DNA of 64,000 bases from an uncultured candidatus Porisulfidus sp. (GTDB taxonomy: Bacteria > Pseudomonadota > Gammaproteobacteria > Poriferisulfidales > Poriferisulfidaceae): the NCBI GenBank assembly GCA_958431155.1, contig OY288106.1, positions 486,527-550,526 of the forward strand, read 5' to 3'. The notes below the pieces were generated by a model. The model had not been told where the DNA came from and searched no databases. It saw only the letters and a program-made list of their open reading frames with translations. Of the stretch, positions 54,086 to 64,000 are shown in pieces. The position numbers and the translations under genes are program-made. The first letter of the stretch is position 1; every line of letters begins with the position of its first letter.

Positions 54086-54826
54086 ATGGCGGGTCACAGC
54101 AAATGGGCCAATATCCAGCACCGCAAGAAGCGGCAGGATGACAAGCGCGGCAAACTGTTCTCCAAGCTGATCCGGGAAGTGATGGTGGCGGCAAAGATCG
54201 GCGGGCCGGACCCGACCGACAATTCCCGGTTGCGCCTGGCGATGGACAAGGCGATGTCGGCGAACATGCCGAAGGACACGGTGGAGCGCGCAATCAAGCG
54301 CGGCTGCGGCGATGCGAATAGCGCCGCGTACGAGGAAATCCGTTATGAAGGTTACGGTCCGGGTGGGGTGGCGGTGCTGATCGATTGCCTTAGCGACAAC
54401 CGGAACCGTACGGTCTCCGAGGTCCGGCACACGCTCGGCAAGCACGGCGGCAGCCTGGGCAACAGCGGCTCGGTGACGTACCTGTTCTCGGCGGTGGGGG
54501 TGCTGAGCTACGCGCCGGGCACGGATGCGGACGGCCTGATGGAGCAGGCCGTGGAGGTGGGCGCCGATGATCTGGTGGTATTGGACGACGATTCGGTGGA
54601 GGTGCTGACCCAGCCCCAGGATTTCATGACAGTCCGACAGAGCCTGACCGAGGCGGGGCAGGCGCCGGATCACGCCGAGGTGACGATGCGGGCGCAGACC
54701 CTGGTCGAGTTGGAAGGCGAAGCGGCACTGAAGCTCATAAAGCTCGTGGATGGGCTGGAGGAGCTGGACGACGTACAAAGCGTCTATACCAACGCGAGTG
54801 TTCCGGACTCCCTGTATGCGACCTGA
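54086..54826 (+). CDS. yebC: YebC/PmpR family protein
   Basis: MAGHSKWANI, YEGYGPGG. Confidence 0.97.
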   Translation: MAGHSKWANIQHRKKRQDDKRGKLFSKLIREVMVAAKIGGPDPTDNSRLRLAMDKAMSANMPKDTVERAIKRGCGDANSAAYEEIRYEGYGPGGVAVLIDCLSDNRNRTVSEVRHTLGKHGGSLGNSGSVTYLFSAVGVLSYAPGTDADGLMEQAVEVGADDLVVLDDDSVEVLTQPQDFMTVRQSLTEAGQAPDHAEVTMRAQTLVELEGEAALKLIKLVDGLEELDDVQSVYTNASVPDSLYAT

Positions 54827-55319
54827 AACGACTCGGGTGATTGGCCTGGACCCCGGCCTGCGGCGCACCGGCTACGGCGTGATCGAGACCGACGGATACC
54901 GCCACCGCTACCAGGCCAGCGGACAGATCTGTCCGCCACAGGGCCCGATCCCCCAGCGGCTGGGGGAATTGTTCCGACAACTCAGCGAAGTGCTTGAAAC
55001 CTATGTGCCGGATTGCGCCGCGGTCGAGGCGTCGTTCATCGCCGCCAACGCAGGCACGGCACTCAAGCTCGGGCAGGCCCGCGGCGCGCTGATCAGCGCC
55101 TGCGTGGTGCGCGAGGTCACGGTGTTCGAGTATTCCCCGCGCAGCATGAAGCAGGCGATCACCGGCCGGGGCGGGGCCACCAAGGAGCAGGTCCAGTTCA
55201 TGGTGCAGCGCCTGCTGGGACTTGCCGAATCGCCGCAGGCGGACGAGGCGGACGCCTTGGGGCTGGCCCTGTGCCACGCGCACAGCCGTCTGCTGACGCC
55301 ACAGGAGTGCACGACATGA
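54816..55319 (+). CDS. ruvC: Holliday junction resolvase
   Basis: IGLDPG, KLGQARG, DEADAL. Confidence 0.96.
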   Translation: MRPETTRVIGLDPGLRRTGYGVIETDGYRHRYQASGQICPPQGPIPQRLGELFRQLSEVLETYVPDCAAVEASFIAANAGTALKLGQARGALISACVVREVTVFEYSPRSMKQAITGRGGATKEQVQFMVQRLLGLAESPQADEADALGLALCHAHSRLLTPQECTT

Positions 55320-55891
55320 TCGCGTACCTGCGCGGGCCCGTCACCTACCGGCAGCCTCCGGAACTGATCGTGGAGGCGGGCGGCGTGGGCTATCGGGTGC
55401 TGGCGTCGATGGCCACGTTCGACAAGCTGCCGCAGGACGATGCGGAAGTGGTGCTCCCGACCCTGCTGGTGGTGCGCGAAAATGCACACACCCTGTTCGG
55501 CTTTGCCGACGAGACGGAGCGCCAGCGGTTCAGCCAGTTGATGCGGATTTCCGGGATCGGGGCCAAGACCGCACTGGCGATCCTGTCGGCACTGCCGGGG
55601 GCGACGTTGCGCCAGCATGTGGAGGCGGGGAACATGGAGGGCTTGACGCAGGTGCCGGGCATCGGCGAGAAGACCGCCCAGCGGCTGCTGGTGGAACTGC
55701 GGCACATGGTGCTGAAGGCAGAGGATGCCGAAGTGGCCGAGGCGGCCACGCCGCAATACGAGGCGCAACAAGGGCTGGTGCGCCTGGGCTGGAAGCCGGC
55801 GGAGGCCCGGCGCATGATCGGCACCATTGAGACGCAAGGACTGGAGGCTGAGGAAATCATCCGCCAGGCTCTGCAGGGGAGCGTGCGGTGA
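55316..55891 (+). CDS. ruvA: Holliday junction branch migration protein RuvA
   Basis: [22 protein letters not shown]. Confidence 0.96.
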   Translation: MIAYLRGPVTYRQPPELIVEAGGVGYRVLASMATFDKLPQDDAEVVLPTLLVVRENAHTLFGFADETERQRFSQLMRISGIGAKTALAILSALPGATLRQHVEAGNMEGLTQVPGIGEKTAQRLLVELRHMVLKAEDAEVAEAATPQYEAQQGLVRLGWKPAEARRMIGTIETQGLEAEEIIRQALQGSVR

Positions 55892-56925
55892 GCGAGGATC
55901 AGCTGCTGCAGCGCGGTGCGGCGCCAGGCGAGGCGTCGCTGGAGAACAGCATCCGCCCGCGGACGCTGGCGGACTTCGTCGGGCAGGCGGAGCTGCGCGA
56001 GCAGTTCGGGGTGTTCATCGAAGCGGCGCGACGCCGGGAACGGCCACTGGACCATGTGCTGGTGTTCGGGCCGCCCGGGCTCGGCAAGACGACCCTGTCG
56101 CACATCGTCGCCCACGAGATGGGCGGCCAGCTGCGCCAGTCGGCCGGGCCGGTGCTGGAGCGGGGCGGAGACCTGGCGGCGATCCTGACCAGCTTGCAGG
56201 AAGGCGACGTGCTGTTCATCGACGAGATCCATCGCCTGCAGCCGGCCGTGGAGGAGATCCTGTACCCGGCGCTGGAGGACTGCCGGATCGACCTGATGAT
56301 CGGCGAGGGCGCCGCGGCGCGCTCGATCCAGCTGGATCTGCCGTCGTTCACGTTGGTCGGCGCGACCACCCGGGCCGGGCTGCTGACGCCGCCGCTGATG
56401 TCGCGGTTCGGCATCGTCGGCCGGCTCGATTTCTACTCTGCGGAGGAGCTGGCCCGCATCGTCCAGCGCTCGGCGGGCATCCTCGACATTCCGACCGACG
56501 ACGACGGTGCGCTGGAGATCGGCCGCCGCTCGCGCGGCACCCCGCGCATCGCGAACCGTCTGCTGCGGCGCGTGCGCGACTATGCGGAGGTCCGGGCCGA
56601 GGGGCGGGTGACTGCCCCGGTGGCGGCGGAGGCACTGGAGTTCATGCGTGTCGACCGTTGCGGCATCGATCGGCTGGATCGCGAGTTCCTCCGCATCATC
56701 ATCGAAAAATTCAACGGCGGGCCGGTCGGGATCGACAGCCTGTCGGTGGCCGTCAACGAAGAGCGCGGGACGCTGGAGGACGTGGTCGAACCCTATCTGA
56801 TCCAACTGGGCTTCCTGATGCGGACCCCCCGGGGCCGGGTCGCCACGCCGCGGGCGCGCGAGCATTTGGGGCTGGAGCCGTTGCCGGGAACGGACGAATT
56901 GCCGCTGCCGCAGTCGGAAGACTAG
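55888..56925 (+). CDS. ruvB: Holliday junction helicase RuvB
   Basis: [23 protein letters not shown]. Confidence 0.98.
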   Translation: MSEDQLLQRGAAPGEASLENSIRPRTLADFVGQAELREQFGVFIEAARRRERPLDHVLVFGPPGLGKTTLSHIVAHEMGGQLRQSAGPVLERGGDLAAILTSLQEGDVLFIDEIHRLQPAVEEILYPALEDCRIDLMIGEGAAARSIQLDLPSFTLVGATTRAGLLTPPLMSRFGIVGRLDFYSAEELARIVQRSAGILDIPTDDDGALEIGRRSRGTPRIANRLLRRVRDYAEVRAEGRVTAPVAAEALEFMRVDRCGIDRLDREFLRIIIEKFNGGPVGIDSLSVAVNEERGTLEDVVEPYLIQLGFLMRTPRGRVATPRAREHLGLEPLPGTDELPLPQSED

Positions 56926-56927
56926 TC

Positions 56928-57326
56928 GTGGAGGAGCTTGCGGTGCGGGTGTATTATGAGGATACCGATGCGGGCGGCGTGCTGTACCACGCGGCAGTCA
57001 TCCGCTACATGGATCGCGGGCGGACCGAATGGCTCCGCAGCCGCGGGCATACCCTGGCGTCGCTGGAGAGGGACCACCGGCGCGTGTTTGCAGTGCACAG
57101 CCTGTCGGCGCGCTATCGGCTCCCGGGTCGGCTGGATGATGAACTGACGGTCCGGACTCGGCTGTCCAGGAGGGCCCGGCTTTCGCTCGACTTCGAGCAG
57201 GCATTGTGGCGGGAAGATGAGTGCCTGGCCGAGGCGACCGTCAAGGTGGCGTGCCTGAGCACGGAGACTTGGTCTCCCGCGCCGTTGCCGCCCGATCTTT
57301 ACGAAAAATGTGAGAACAATGGTTGA
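56928..57326 (+). CDS. ybgC: Tol-Pal associated acyl-CoA thioesterase
   Basis: RVYYEDTDAGGVLYHA. Confidence 0.92.
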   Translation: MEELAVRVYYEDTDAGGVLYHAAVIRYMDRGRTEWLRSRGHTLASLERDHRRVFAVHSLSARYRLPGRLDDELTVRTRLSRRARLSLDFEQALWREDECLAEATVKVACLSTETWSPAPLPPDLYEKCENNG

Positions 57327-58005
57327 ATTTTCAATTCTGGAGATGCTGGGCCAGGCTTCCGTGGCCGTGCAGATCGTGATGCTGATCCTGGTCTTGGCCT
57401 CGTTCGTCTCTTGGGTCATCATCTTCAACAAGGCGCAGATCCTGCGCCGGCAGCACCAGGAGGCGATCAAGTTCGAAGACAAGTTCTGGCAGGGCATCGA
57501 ACTGGTGCAGTTCTACGATCAGATGCGCCAGCGACAGTCGCGCCCTCCGCTCGGGGACGTGTTCTGCGCCGGCTTCCGGGAATACGTGCAGCTCGCCCGG
57601 AATAAGCAATTGTCCCCGGATACGATCAGCCACACCGCGGTGCGAAGCATGCGGGTGGTGTTGGCCCGGGAGGCGGAGCATCTGGAGATGCATTTGCCGG
57701 TGTTGGCGACGATCGGCTCGACCAGCCCGTACATCGGGCTGTTCGGAACGGTCTGGGGCATCATCAACGCCTTTCATTCGCTGGACCCGACCCGGGGCGC
57801 TTCCATGCTGACCATGATCGCTCCGGGGATTTCCGAGGCGCTGGTGGCGACGGCCCTGGGCCTGTTCGCCGCCATTCCGGCGGTCATTGCCTACAACCGG
57901 TTTACGGACCGGGTTGACAAGCTGCTGACGCAGTACAGCAACTTCGTCGAGGAATTCACCACGCTCCTGCAGCGTGAGGCCTTGGCCAAGCAGGATCGGT
58001 CATGA
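57319..58005 (+). CDS. tolQ: TolQ
   Basis: SPYIGLFGTVWGI, GISEALVATALGLFAAIPA. Confidence 0.96.
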   Translation: MVEFSILEMLGQASVAVQIVMLILVLASFVSWVIIFNKAQILRRQHQEAIKFEDKFWQGIELVQFYDQMRQRQSRPPLGDVFCAGFREYVQLARNKQLSPDTISHTAVRSMRVVLAREAEHLEMHLPVLATIGSTSPYIGLFGTVWGIINAFHSLDPTRGASMLTMIAPGISEALVATALGLFAAIPAVIAYNRFTDRVDKLLTQYSNFVEEFTTLLQREALAKQDRS

Positions 58006-58436
58006 CTCCGCTGCGAAGCTCGCGCCGCCACATATCGGAAATCAACATCGTGCCGTACGTGGACGTCATGCTGGTGCTCCTGCTGATCTTCATGATCGCG
58101 ACGCCGCTGATGCAGCAAGGCCTGCTGATCGAGTTGCCGGAGGCGGCTTCCGAGCCGGTCGAGCCGGAGCCCTACCGCGAGCCGCTGGTTTTGGAGATCA
58201 ATCAGAATGGAGAACTCCGCCTGATTCGGGAAGGGGTGTTTGCCTATCCCGTGGAAGAGGCAGACCTGCCGGGCCTGGTCGAGGGCATGATCCAGGAGGG
58301 CGAAGACGACACGCTGTACGTCCGTGCCGATGCCCGGCTGCCGTATGGCATGGTAGTGGCGGCCATTGCCCGGCTCGATCAGGCGGGAGTCCCGGCCTTG
58401 AGCCTGCTCACGCAGCCTCCGCCGGAGACCCCATGA
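58002..58436 (+). CDS. tolR: TolR
   Basis: EINIVPYVDVMLVLLLIFM. Confidence 0.94.
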   Translation: MTPLRSSRRHISEINIVPYVDVMLVLLLIFMIATPLMQQGLLIELPEAASEPVEPEPYREPLVLEINQNGELRLIREGVFAYPVEEADLPGLVEGMIQEGEDDTLYVRADARLPYGMVVAAIARLDQAGVPALSLLTQPPPETP

Positions 58437-59305
58437 GCCGGCAGGCGCGGGGGATCCGCCACAGCCAGATCAGCCCGGCATCCTGGCTTGGCGCGATCCT
58501 TGTTCATGCAGTAATCGTGGGGTTGCTGCTGCAGTTCGGGGCCGAACCGGCCCGTTCCAACGTTCCGCCGCGCCCTGACGTTGAGGCGGTGCGCGTGCAG
58601 GCGGCCGACGAGAAACTGCTGCAGCAGAAACGCGAGGCGCACCGGCAGGCATTGCGCGAAGAGGAGCTGCGCAAACAGCGGGAGCGCGAAGCACAGCGAA
58701 AAGCAGCCGAACGCAAGCGCGCGGAGAAACGCAGGGCGGAAGAGAAGGCGCGTCTGAAGGCCGAAGAGAAGAAAAGAAAAGCGACGGCGCGGGCCGAGGC
58801 CAAGCGCAAGGCGAAAGAGGAGGCCAAGCGCAAGCGCGCGGAAAAACGCAAGAGGGAACAAGAGGCGCGTCGGAAAGCCGAAGAGAAGAAAAGGGCGGCG
58901 GCGCGGACCGAAGCCGAACGCAAGGTCAAAGAGGAGGCGCGAAAGCTGAAGGAAGCCGAAAACCGGGCGCAGGCGCGCCGGGAAGAACAGTCGCGACGGC
59001 GCCAGCGGGAGGCTGCCCGGCGGGCTCGGCAGGCAGATATCTGGCGCATTGCGATCAAGAAAAGAATTGAACGGGTCTGGCTGCAGCCCCCGGCGGTCCG
59101 CACCGCGCCTTGCGAGGTGGTGGTGGAACAAGATGAAAGAGGAGAAGTGCTGTCGGCCAAGGTGCAAGGCTGCCGGGCCTCGCAGGCCTGGCAGGACTCC
59201 CTGCGCAATGCCGTGCTGAAGGCCAGCCCGCTGCCGCGTCCCCCGGATCCGGAACTGTTCGACCACCGCTTGGTCATCACGTTCTTCCCGAAGAAGGCCC
59301 GCTGA
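58433..59305 (+). CDS. tolA: TolA
   Basis: TM with His, long E/K/R/A helix, C-terminal AVLKASPLP. Confidence 0.9.
   Translation: MSRQARGIRHSQISPASWLGAILVHAVIVGLLLQFGAEPARSNVPPRPDVEAVRVQAADEKLLQQKREAHRQALREEELRKQREREAQRKAAERKRAEKRRAEEKARLKAEEKKRKATARAEAKRKAKEEAKRKRAEKRKREQEARRKAEEKKRAAARTEAERKVKEEARKLKEAENRAQARREEQSRRRQREAARRARQADIWRIAIKKRIERVWLQPPAVRTAPCEVVVEQDERGEVLSAKVQGCRASQAWQDSLRNAVLKASPLPRPPDPELFDHRLVITFFPKKAR
58712..58940 (+). repeat. ~117-bp internal tandem duplication in tolA
   Basis: cgcaagcgcgcgga(g/a)aaacgca...gccgaagagaagaaaag...aaagaggaggc at 58712 and 58829. Confidence 0.8.
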
Positions 59306-59306
59306 C

Positions 59307-60593
59307 ATGACCAGCGTCTGCCCGCGTGCCTGTGCGTTGCTGCTGTCGCTGTGTGCGGCCGTGGCGCAGGCGGAGTTTCGGGTCGATGTCAGTCAGGGTG
59401 TTGAACAAGGTATTCCCATTGCGTTGGTCGCGCATTCGGAATCCGAGCGCAAGCTGGCGGAAGTGATGGGGGCGGACTTGGCGAGAAGCGGATTTTTCCG
59501 GGTGCTGAGTCCTGAAACGACGTCCCAGGCGACCGTGAACGGGGAGGATCTGAACTGGGACGCCTGGGACGGCAACCCGGCGGAATACGCGGTGACGGCG
59601 GTGGTGCAGCAACTGACACCAGGCCGGCTCCAGCTGGATCTCCGATTGTTCGACTTGCTGGCGGGCAAGGCCATTCTGGCGCGCCGCCTGTCGGCGAAGC
59701 CGCAGCACCTGCGCCGTCTGGCGCATCAGGCCGCGGACGCGCTGCATGAGCAGGTTACGGGCATCCCGGGCGCCTTCGACACCCGAATCGCCTATGTCAG
59801 CCAGACCCGCACGTCCGGCCGGGTCCACTACCGCCTGTACGTGGCGGATGCGGACGGTCACGGTCCGGTCGCGATCCTGACCTCGCCGCGCCCGCTGATG
59901 TCGCCGGTCTGGTCGCCGGATGGAAGGCACCTGGCCTACGTGTCGTTCGAGGCCCGGCGCCCTCAGGTGTTCTTGCAGAGCCTGCGGGACGCGAGTCGCA
60001 GGGCTCTACCGGGTTCCGGGCGCGCTTCCAGCGCACCAGCCTTCTCGCCCGACGGTCGGCGGCTGGCCCTGGCCATGGCGGTCGACGGGGATATGGAGAT
60101 CTTTATCTATGCGCTGGACACGGGGGCCTTGTCCCGCTTCACCCACAGCCCGGGGATCGATACGGAGCCGGCCTGGGAGGCTGACGGGCAGGGGCTGGTC
60201 TTCACGTCCGACCGGGGAGGGAAGCCGAAACTCTACCGCCAGAGTCTGCGCGATCCGAGCGCCCGGATGCTGCCGGTCCCGGGCAACTACACCACGGACG
60301 CCGTGGTGTCCGCCGACGGTCGGTACCTGGCGTTCGTCCAGTCGACCGAGGAGGGAGGCTATGGCGTGGCGCTGTTCGAACCGGAGAGCCAAGGGCTGTT
60401 CCCGTTGTCCTCCGGCACCCTGGACGAAGCCCCGTCGTTTGCACCGAACGGGTTCAGCCTGATCTACGCCAGCACGACCCGGGCCGGGGAGCAAGTGCTG
60501 ATGCTGGCCAGCCATAATGGTAGAATTCGTCAGCGTTTGAGGCTCGCCCACTCGGATGTGCGCGAGCCCGCGTGGTCTCCCTATCGACGCTGA
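59307..60593 (+). CDS. tolB: TolB
   Basis: FDTRIAYV, SPVWSPDG, PD40 repeats, EPAWSP. Confidence 0.95.
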   Translation: MTSVCPRACALLLSLCAAVAQAEFRVDVSQGVEQGIPIALVAHSESERKLAEVMGADLARSGFFRVLSPETTSQATVNGEDLNWDAWDGNPAEYAVTAVVQQLTPGRLQLDLRLFDLLAGKAILARRLSAKPQHLRRLAHQAADALHEQVTGIPGAFDTRIAYVSQTRTSGRVHYRLYVADADGHGPVAILTSPRPLMSPVWSPDGRHLAYVSFEARRPQVFLQSLRDASRRALPGSGRASSAPAFSPDGRRLALAMAVDGDMEIFIYALDTGALSRFTHSPGIDTEPAWEADGQGLVFTSDRGGKPKLYRQSLRDPSARMLPVPGNYTTDAVVSADGRYLAFVQSTEEGGYGVALFEPESQGLFPLSSGTLDEAPSFAPNGFSLIYASTTRAGEQVLMLASHNGRIRQRLRLAHSDVREPAWSPYRR

Positions 60594-60603
60594 AGGACTG
60601 CAC

Positions 60604-61191
60604 ATGCGACGACTTTTTTCAAGCACCATTTTGCCGTTGTTCCTGCTGGGGCTGAGTGTTTCACTCGTTGCCTGCAGCGTACCGGAAGAAGAAATTCCCT
60701 CCGCCGTGGAAGACTCGAAAATCCTGCTGGCGGAAGATGATCCAGATGCGGTTGAGGGCGTGGCCCTGGACGACGAGGGTAACATTGTCATGGGCGACCT
60801 GGAAACCAGCCCGGGAGGAGATCCCGGGGATGACGCGGGAGCGGTCGCGGATGTTGCGGGGCAGGGCATGACTGTCTACTTCGACTACGACAGCACCGAG
60901 GTGAAGCCAAGGTTTGCGGAAATCATCCAGCGCGCGGCGATGCACCTGCAGAGTAACCCATCCGGCCGGTTGCGCCTGGAGGGGCATACGGATGAGCAGG
61001 GCACGAGGGCCTACAACCTGGCGCTGGGCGAACGCCGGGCGCAGAGCGTGCGGGACATGATCCTGGAGTGGGGCGCTCTGGCGGAACAGGTGGATTGGGT
61101 CAGCTACGGCGAAGAACTTCCCGCGGTGACAGGCCAGGGCGAGGGCGTCTGGAGACAAAACCGCAGGGTCGAAATTATCCTGGAAGAGTGA
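60604..61191 (+). CDS. pal: Peptidoglycan-associated lipoprotein Pal
   Basis: Lipobox LVAC, VYFDYDS, EGHTDEQG...YNLALGERRA, NRRV. Confidence 0.95.
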   Translation: MRRLFSSTILPLFLLGLSVSLVACSVPEEEIPSAVEDSKILLAEDDPDAVEGVALDDEGNIVMGDLETSPGGDPGDDAGAVADVAGQGMTVYFDYDSTEVKPRFAEIIQRAAMHLQSNPSGRLRLEGHTDEQGTRAYNLALGERRAQSVRDMILEWGALAEQVDWVSYGEELPAVTGQGEGVWRQNRRVEIILEE

Positions 61192-62222
61192 CCGGTTCCG
61201 TCCGTTGGGGCAGGAAAGGGCGTGTATTCGCGTTGGCGGGCGGTTTTGTCTGCAGCATCTGTGCTTTCGCACAGGATCCCATTCCCGCATTGGATTCCCA
61301 GCCGCCATGGTTCGAGCAGGTGTTCCAGGCGCTGGAGCGCGTGGAAGCGGAGCAGCGGGAGCTGAGGCAGGAAATCGAGGCACTTCGGGCTCAGCGCCAG
61401 GGGTCCCCGACGCAGGGGCCGGATGCCTTGGAATCCGAAAGCGTGATGGATCCGACGACCCTGTTCGAGGCGCAGGAGGAACGCCCGGCGCAAGAAGATT
61501 CCCCCGAAATCACGCGAATACTTGAAGAACTGGTCCGCCTGGAGGCGGAGCAGCAGGCACTGCGCCGGGAAGTCGAGAGTCTCTGGGCCCAGCGGGACGA
61601 ACCCGCGGTCGAGGATCCGGATGGTTCCGAACCTGAGAGCGGAGAGGCTTCCGAAAGTCGGGATGAGTTGACGCCCCAGGAGTCAGATGCTTCGGCGGTA
61701 GAAGAGGAAGAAACATTTGCGCCGGTGTTGGAGACGGGGGAGAGCGAGCCCTTGCCGGAGGATGATTCCGTACAGGACGAAGCATCGGTTCCGCCAGATG
61801 AAAAACCCGCTTTTTCACCGACGCTGTACCAGCCGGCCGCGAGATTGTACGAGCGGGGCCGGGAGGCATTCAGGAATCTCAATTTCTACGATGCGGCGAA
61901 GCTGTTCCGCGAGTTCCTGACCAAATACCCGGGCCATGAGGATGCCGGGGCGGCCCGCTACTGGCTGGGCGAGGCCTTGTATGTGGAAGGCCGCTTCCAG
62001 GATGCGATCGCCGCTTTCGCCGAGGTGATTGCCGACGATGCCAATCCGCGCCGCGAGGCGGCGCGCCTGAAAACCGGCTACGCATGGTTCGAATTGGGCG
62101 ACCTCGAACGAGCCGAAGCCATTCTGGTCGAGGTCCGGGATCAGAACCCCGGCAGCGACCTGGCCCGGTTGGCACAGTTGCGGCTGGACCGACTGCAACG
62201 CCGCACGGGCGGCGAGCAATGA
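61188..62222 (+). CDS. cpoB: CpoB (YbgF) with duplicated coiled coil and long acidic linker
   Basis: Signal peptide, coiled coils, C-terminal TPRs (YWLGEA, ARLKTG); follows pal. Confidence 0.85.
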   Translation: MTGSVRWGRKGRVFALAGGFVCSICAFAQDPIPALDSQPPWFEQVFQALERVEAEQRELRQEIEALRAQRQGSPTQGPDALESESVMDPTTLFEAQEERPAQEDSPEITRILEELVRLEAEQQALRREVESLWAQRDEPAVEDPDGSEPESGEASESRDELTPQESDASAVEEEETFAPVLETGESEPLPEDDSVQDEASVPPDEKPAFSPTLYQPAARLYERGREAFRNLNFYDAAKLFREFLTKYPGHEDAGAARYWLGEALYVEGRFQDAIAAFAEVIADDANPRREAARLKTGYAWFELGDLERAEAILVEVRDQNPGSDLARLAQLRLDRLQRRTGGEQ

Positions 62223-62875
62223 TTCCAGAGGATGCGCAGGATATCCGGCTGCGCGTCACCGAGATTTTCCATTCCATTCAAGGAGAGGGAACGGCCAGCG
62301 GCCGGCCGAGCGCATTCGTCCGCCTGACCGGCTGCCCGCTGAGGTGCGGATATTGCGACACTGCCTATGCCTTCACCGAGGGCGAATGGATGAACCTGGA
62401 GGAAATCCTGCAGGCCGTCGCCGCACAGCCGATGCAGGAGGTCTGCGTGACCGGTGGCGAGCCACTGGCGCAGCCGGCGTGCGGGAGACTCCTGAGCGCA
62501 TTGTGCGATGAGGGGTATCGCGTGACCCTGGAGACCAGCGGGGCGCTGTCCGTATCGGAAGTGGATTCGCGGGTCCTCAAGGTGCTGGACATCAAGACTC
62601 CGGGCAGCGGCGAAGAGACGCGCAACGACTGGAGCAACCTGGAACACCTGCAGCCCGAGGATTTGGTGAAGTTCGTGATCTGCTCGCGCGAGGATTACGA
62701 GTGGGCGCGCGAGCGGGTGCAGGGGCGCCGGTGGGACTGCGAAGTATTCTTCTCGCCGTCCTGGGAGCAGCAGAACGCGGGGCAACTGGGGGAGTGGATC
62801 GTGGCCGACGCACTGCCGGTGCGCCTGCAGGTTCAGCTCCACAAGGTGCTGTGGGGTGATGTCCGGGGACGCTAG
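62219..62875 (+). CDS. queE: 7-carboxy-7-deazaguanine synthase
   Basis: [29 protein letters not shown]. Confidence 0.96.
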   Translation: MIPEDAQDIRLRVTEIFHSIQGEGTASGRPSAFVRLTGCPLRCGYCDTAYAFTEGEWMNLEEILQAVAAQPMQEVCVTGGEPLAQPACGRLLSALCDEGYRVTLETSGALSVSEVDSRVLKVLDIKTPGSGEETRNDWSNLEHLQPEDLVKFVICSREDYEWARERVQGRRWDCEVFFSPSWEQQNAGQLGEWIVADALPVRLQVQLHKVLWGDVRGR

Positions 62876-63542
62876 GCCGGCCGTAGTCCTGTTGTCCGGC
62901 GGCATGGATTCGGCGACGGTCTTGTACTGGGCCCGCGCCGAAGAGTTTGCCCCGATCGCCCTGAGCGTCCGCTATGGGCAGCGGCATGGAGCGGAGCTGC
63001 AGGCGGCTCGCTGGCTGGCTCGGGAGACGGGGTGCGAACTGGTGGAGATGGAGCTGGATCTGGCACGCTTCGGCGCTTCGGCGCTGACCGACCCGGGAAT
63101 CGCCGTGCCGGAAGGGCCGGACGACGGAATCCCCGTCACCTATGTGCCGGCCCGCAACACCGTGTTCCTGTCGATCGCGCTCGCACTGGCCGAGGCACGG
63201 GGCATCCACGACATCTGCATCGGCGTCAATGCAATCGACTATTCGGGTTATCCGGATTGTCGGGGCGAGTTCATCGCGGCTTTTGAGAAGATGGCCAATC
63301 TGGCGACCCGGGACGGCGTGGAAGGTCGCCCGTTCCGCATCCACACGCCGTTGATCGACTGGAGCAAGGCTGAAATCATCCGTGCCGGGGTGCAGCTGGG
63401 AGTCGACTACTCGATGACCGTTTCATGCTACCGGGCGGATTCCGAGGGTCGCGCCTGCGGGGGCTGCGAGGCCTGCCGGCTGCGCCGCGAAGGGTTTGAG
63501 GCAGCCGAGGTCGAGGATCCTACTTGCTACCAGGGAGAGTAG
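62859..63542 (+). CDS. queC: 7-cyano-7-deazaguanine synthase
   Basis: LSGGMDS, YVPARN, YPDCR, C..CGGCEAC. Confidence 0.97.
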   Translation: MSGDARPAVVLLSGGMDSATVLYWARAEEFAPIALSVRYGQRHGAELQAARWLARETGCELVEMELDLARFGASALTDPGIAVPEGPDDGIPVTYVPARNTVFLSIALALAEARGIHDICIGVNAIDYSGYPDCRGEFIAAFEKMANLATRDGVEGRPFRIHTPLIDWSKAEIIRAGVQLGVDYSMTVSCYRADSEGRACGGCEACRLRREGFEAAEVEDPTCYQGE

Positions 63543-63606
63543 AGACTCCCGCCAGAACTTCTTGAAAGAAATATATAATAATGCACACATTCTCAGGGTG
63601 AAACCG

Positions 63607-63828
63607 ATGAAAAATATCACGCTGAGTGCTGATGAAAGCCTGATCAAAGCAGCACGCGAGAGGGCGATGGAAGAGAACACCACGCTGAACGCCCAGTTTA
63701 GGTTGTGGCTGGCCGAATATTCTCGGGCACAAGATCAACTCAAGGCGTATGACGAAACCATTCGAGCCCTGCACGGGCAACTCGTTATCGGGCGGAAACT
63801 GACTCGAGAGGAAGTGAATGAGCGTTGA
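63607..63828 (+). CDS. Putative RHH-type antitoxin (DUF6364/CopG-like)
   Basis: MKNITLSADESLIKAARERAMEENTTLNAQFRLWL...RKLTREEVNER; lower GC; AT-rich promoter region with TATAAT. Confidence 0.75.
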   Translation: MKNITLSADESLIKAARERAMEENTTLNAQFRLWLAEYSRAQDQLKAYDETIRALHGQLVIGRKLTREEVNER

Positions 63829-63838
63829 ACATTTCCTT
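63818..63838 (+). pseudogene. 7-codon stub of a probable PIN toxin
   Basis: ATG overlapping the antitoxin end gives MSVEHFL, then diverges where DTN would be expected. Confidence 0.45.
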
Positions 63839-63901
63839 CCTGCCCGCGGACGGCAAGCGGGCCTGAGGCAGGATGTGCGAACGCTGGGAGTTCTGCCTCA
63901 C

Positions 63902-64000
63902 ATGAGCGCCAAGGCCGCAATTCTGGCGTTGTGCCTAGCAACGCCAGCACTAGGCGCAGATGTCTGGGAGTGCTTCCCGCTGTTCGAGGGTCTGTACGGC
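63902..64000 (+). CDS. Start of a putative secreted protein (truncated by window edge)
   Basis: MSAKAAILALCLATPALG-ADVWEC; signal-peptide-like; GGGAG RBS. Confidence 0.5.
   Translation, partial: MSAKAAILALCLATPALGADVWECFPLFEGLYG

Noticed and set aside
62219-63542. queE/queC with tgt as a 7-deazaguanine DNA-modification (dpd) system
   Set aside because: Canonical tRNA queuosine context (queA-tgt; pal-cpoB-queE-queC); no dpdA/B/C genes

Overview
High-GC, very compact gammaproteobacterial chromosome segment made mostly of core genes: hflC(3')-yjeT-hisZ-purA, queA-tgt...yajC-secD-secF, suhB, a complete iscRSUA-hscBA-fdx-iscX operon with an IscR site, adk, cytochrome c5, ubiK, rluC, the tRNA-Thr/Tyr/Gly/Thr-tuf-tRNA-Trp-secE-nusG-rplKAJL-rpoBC cluster, moaA/moaB, nhaA, leuS-lptE, tRNA-Arg, serS, and aspS-nudB-yebC-ruvCAB-ybgC-tolQRAB-pal-cpoB-queE-queC. 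Accessory DNA is small and sits at operon junctions: (i) a mosaic of unrelated gene fragments between tgt and yajC (DUF192, di-haem oxidoreductase C-terminus, frameshifted HigA C-terminus, AbiEii-like nucleotidyltransferase fragment); (ii) four toxin-antitoxin loci, only one with an intact toxin (vapBC intact, relE frameshifted, PIN toxin cut to 7 codons, higA remnant); (iii) a membrane-anchored heptad-repeat protein; (iv) after rpoC, where rpsL often follows, moaA/moaB plus H4MPT/methylofuran-type cofactor genes (HisA-like Orf17, ATP-grasp Orf1/MfnD-like, Orf9/MfnF-like, pabB) and a TonB-dependent receptor with mosaic Cys-paired loops. RpoB has an expanded beta-i4 insertion and substitutions at normally conserved CRE-pocket residues. 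I saw no CRISPR array, integrase, transposase or prophage. All calls come from motif recognition by eye; no searches were run. The best 'new system' candidates (C1-cofactor/Moco locus, TA turnover at junctions, modified RNAP) are hypotheses.
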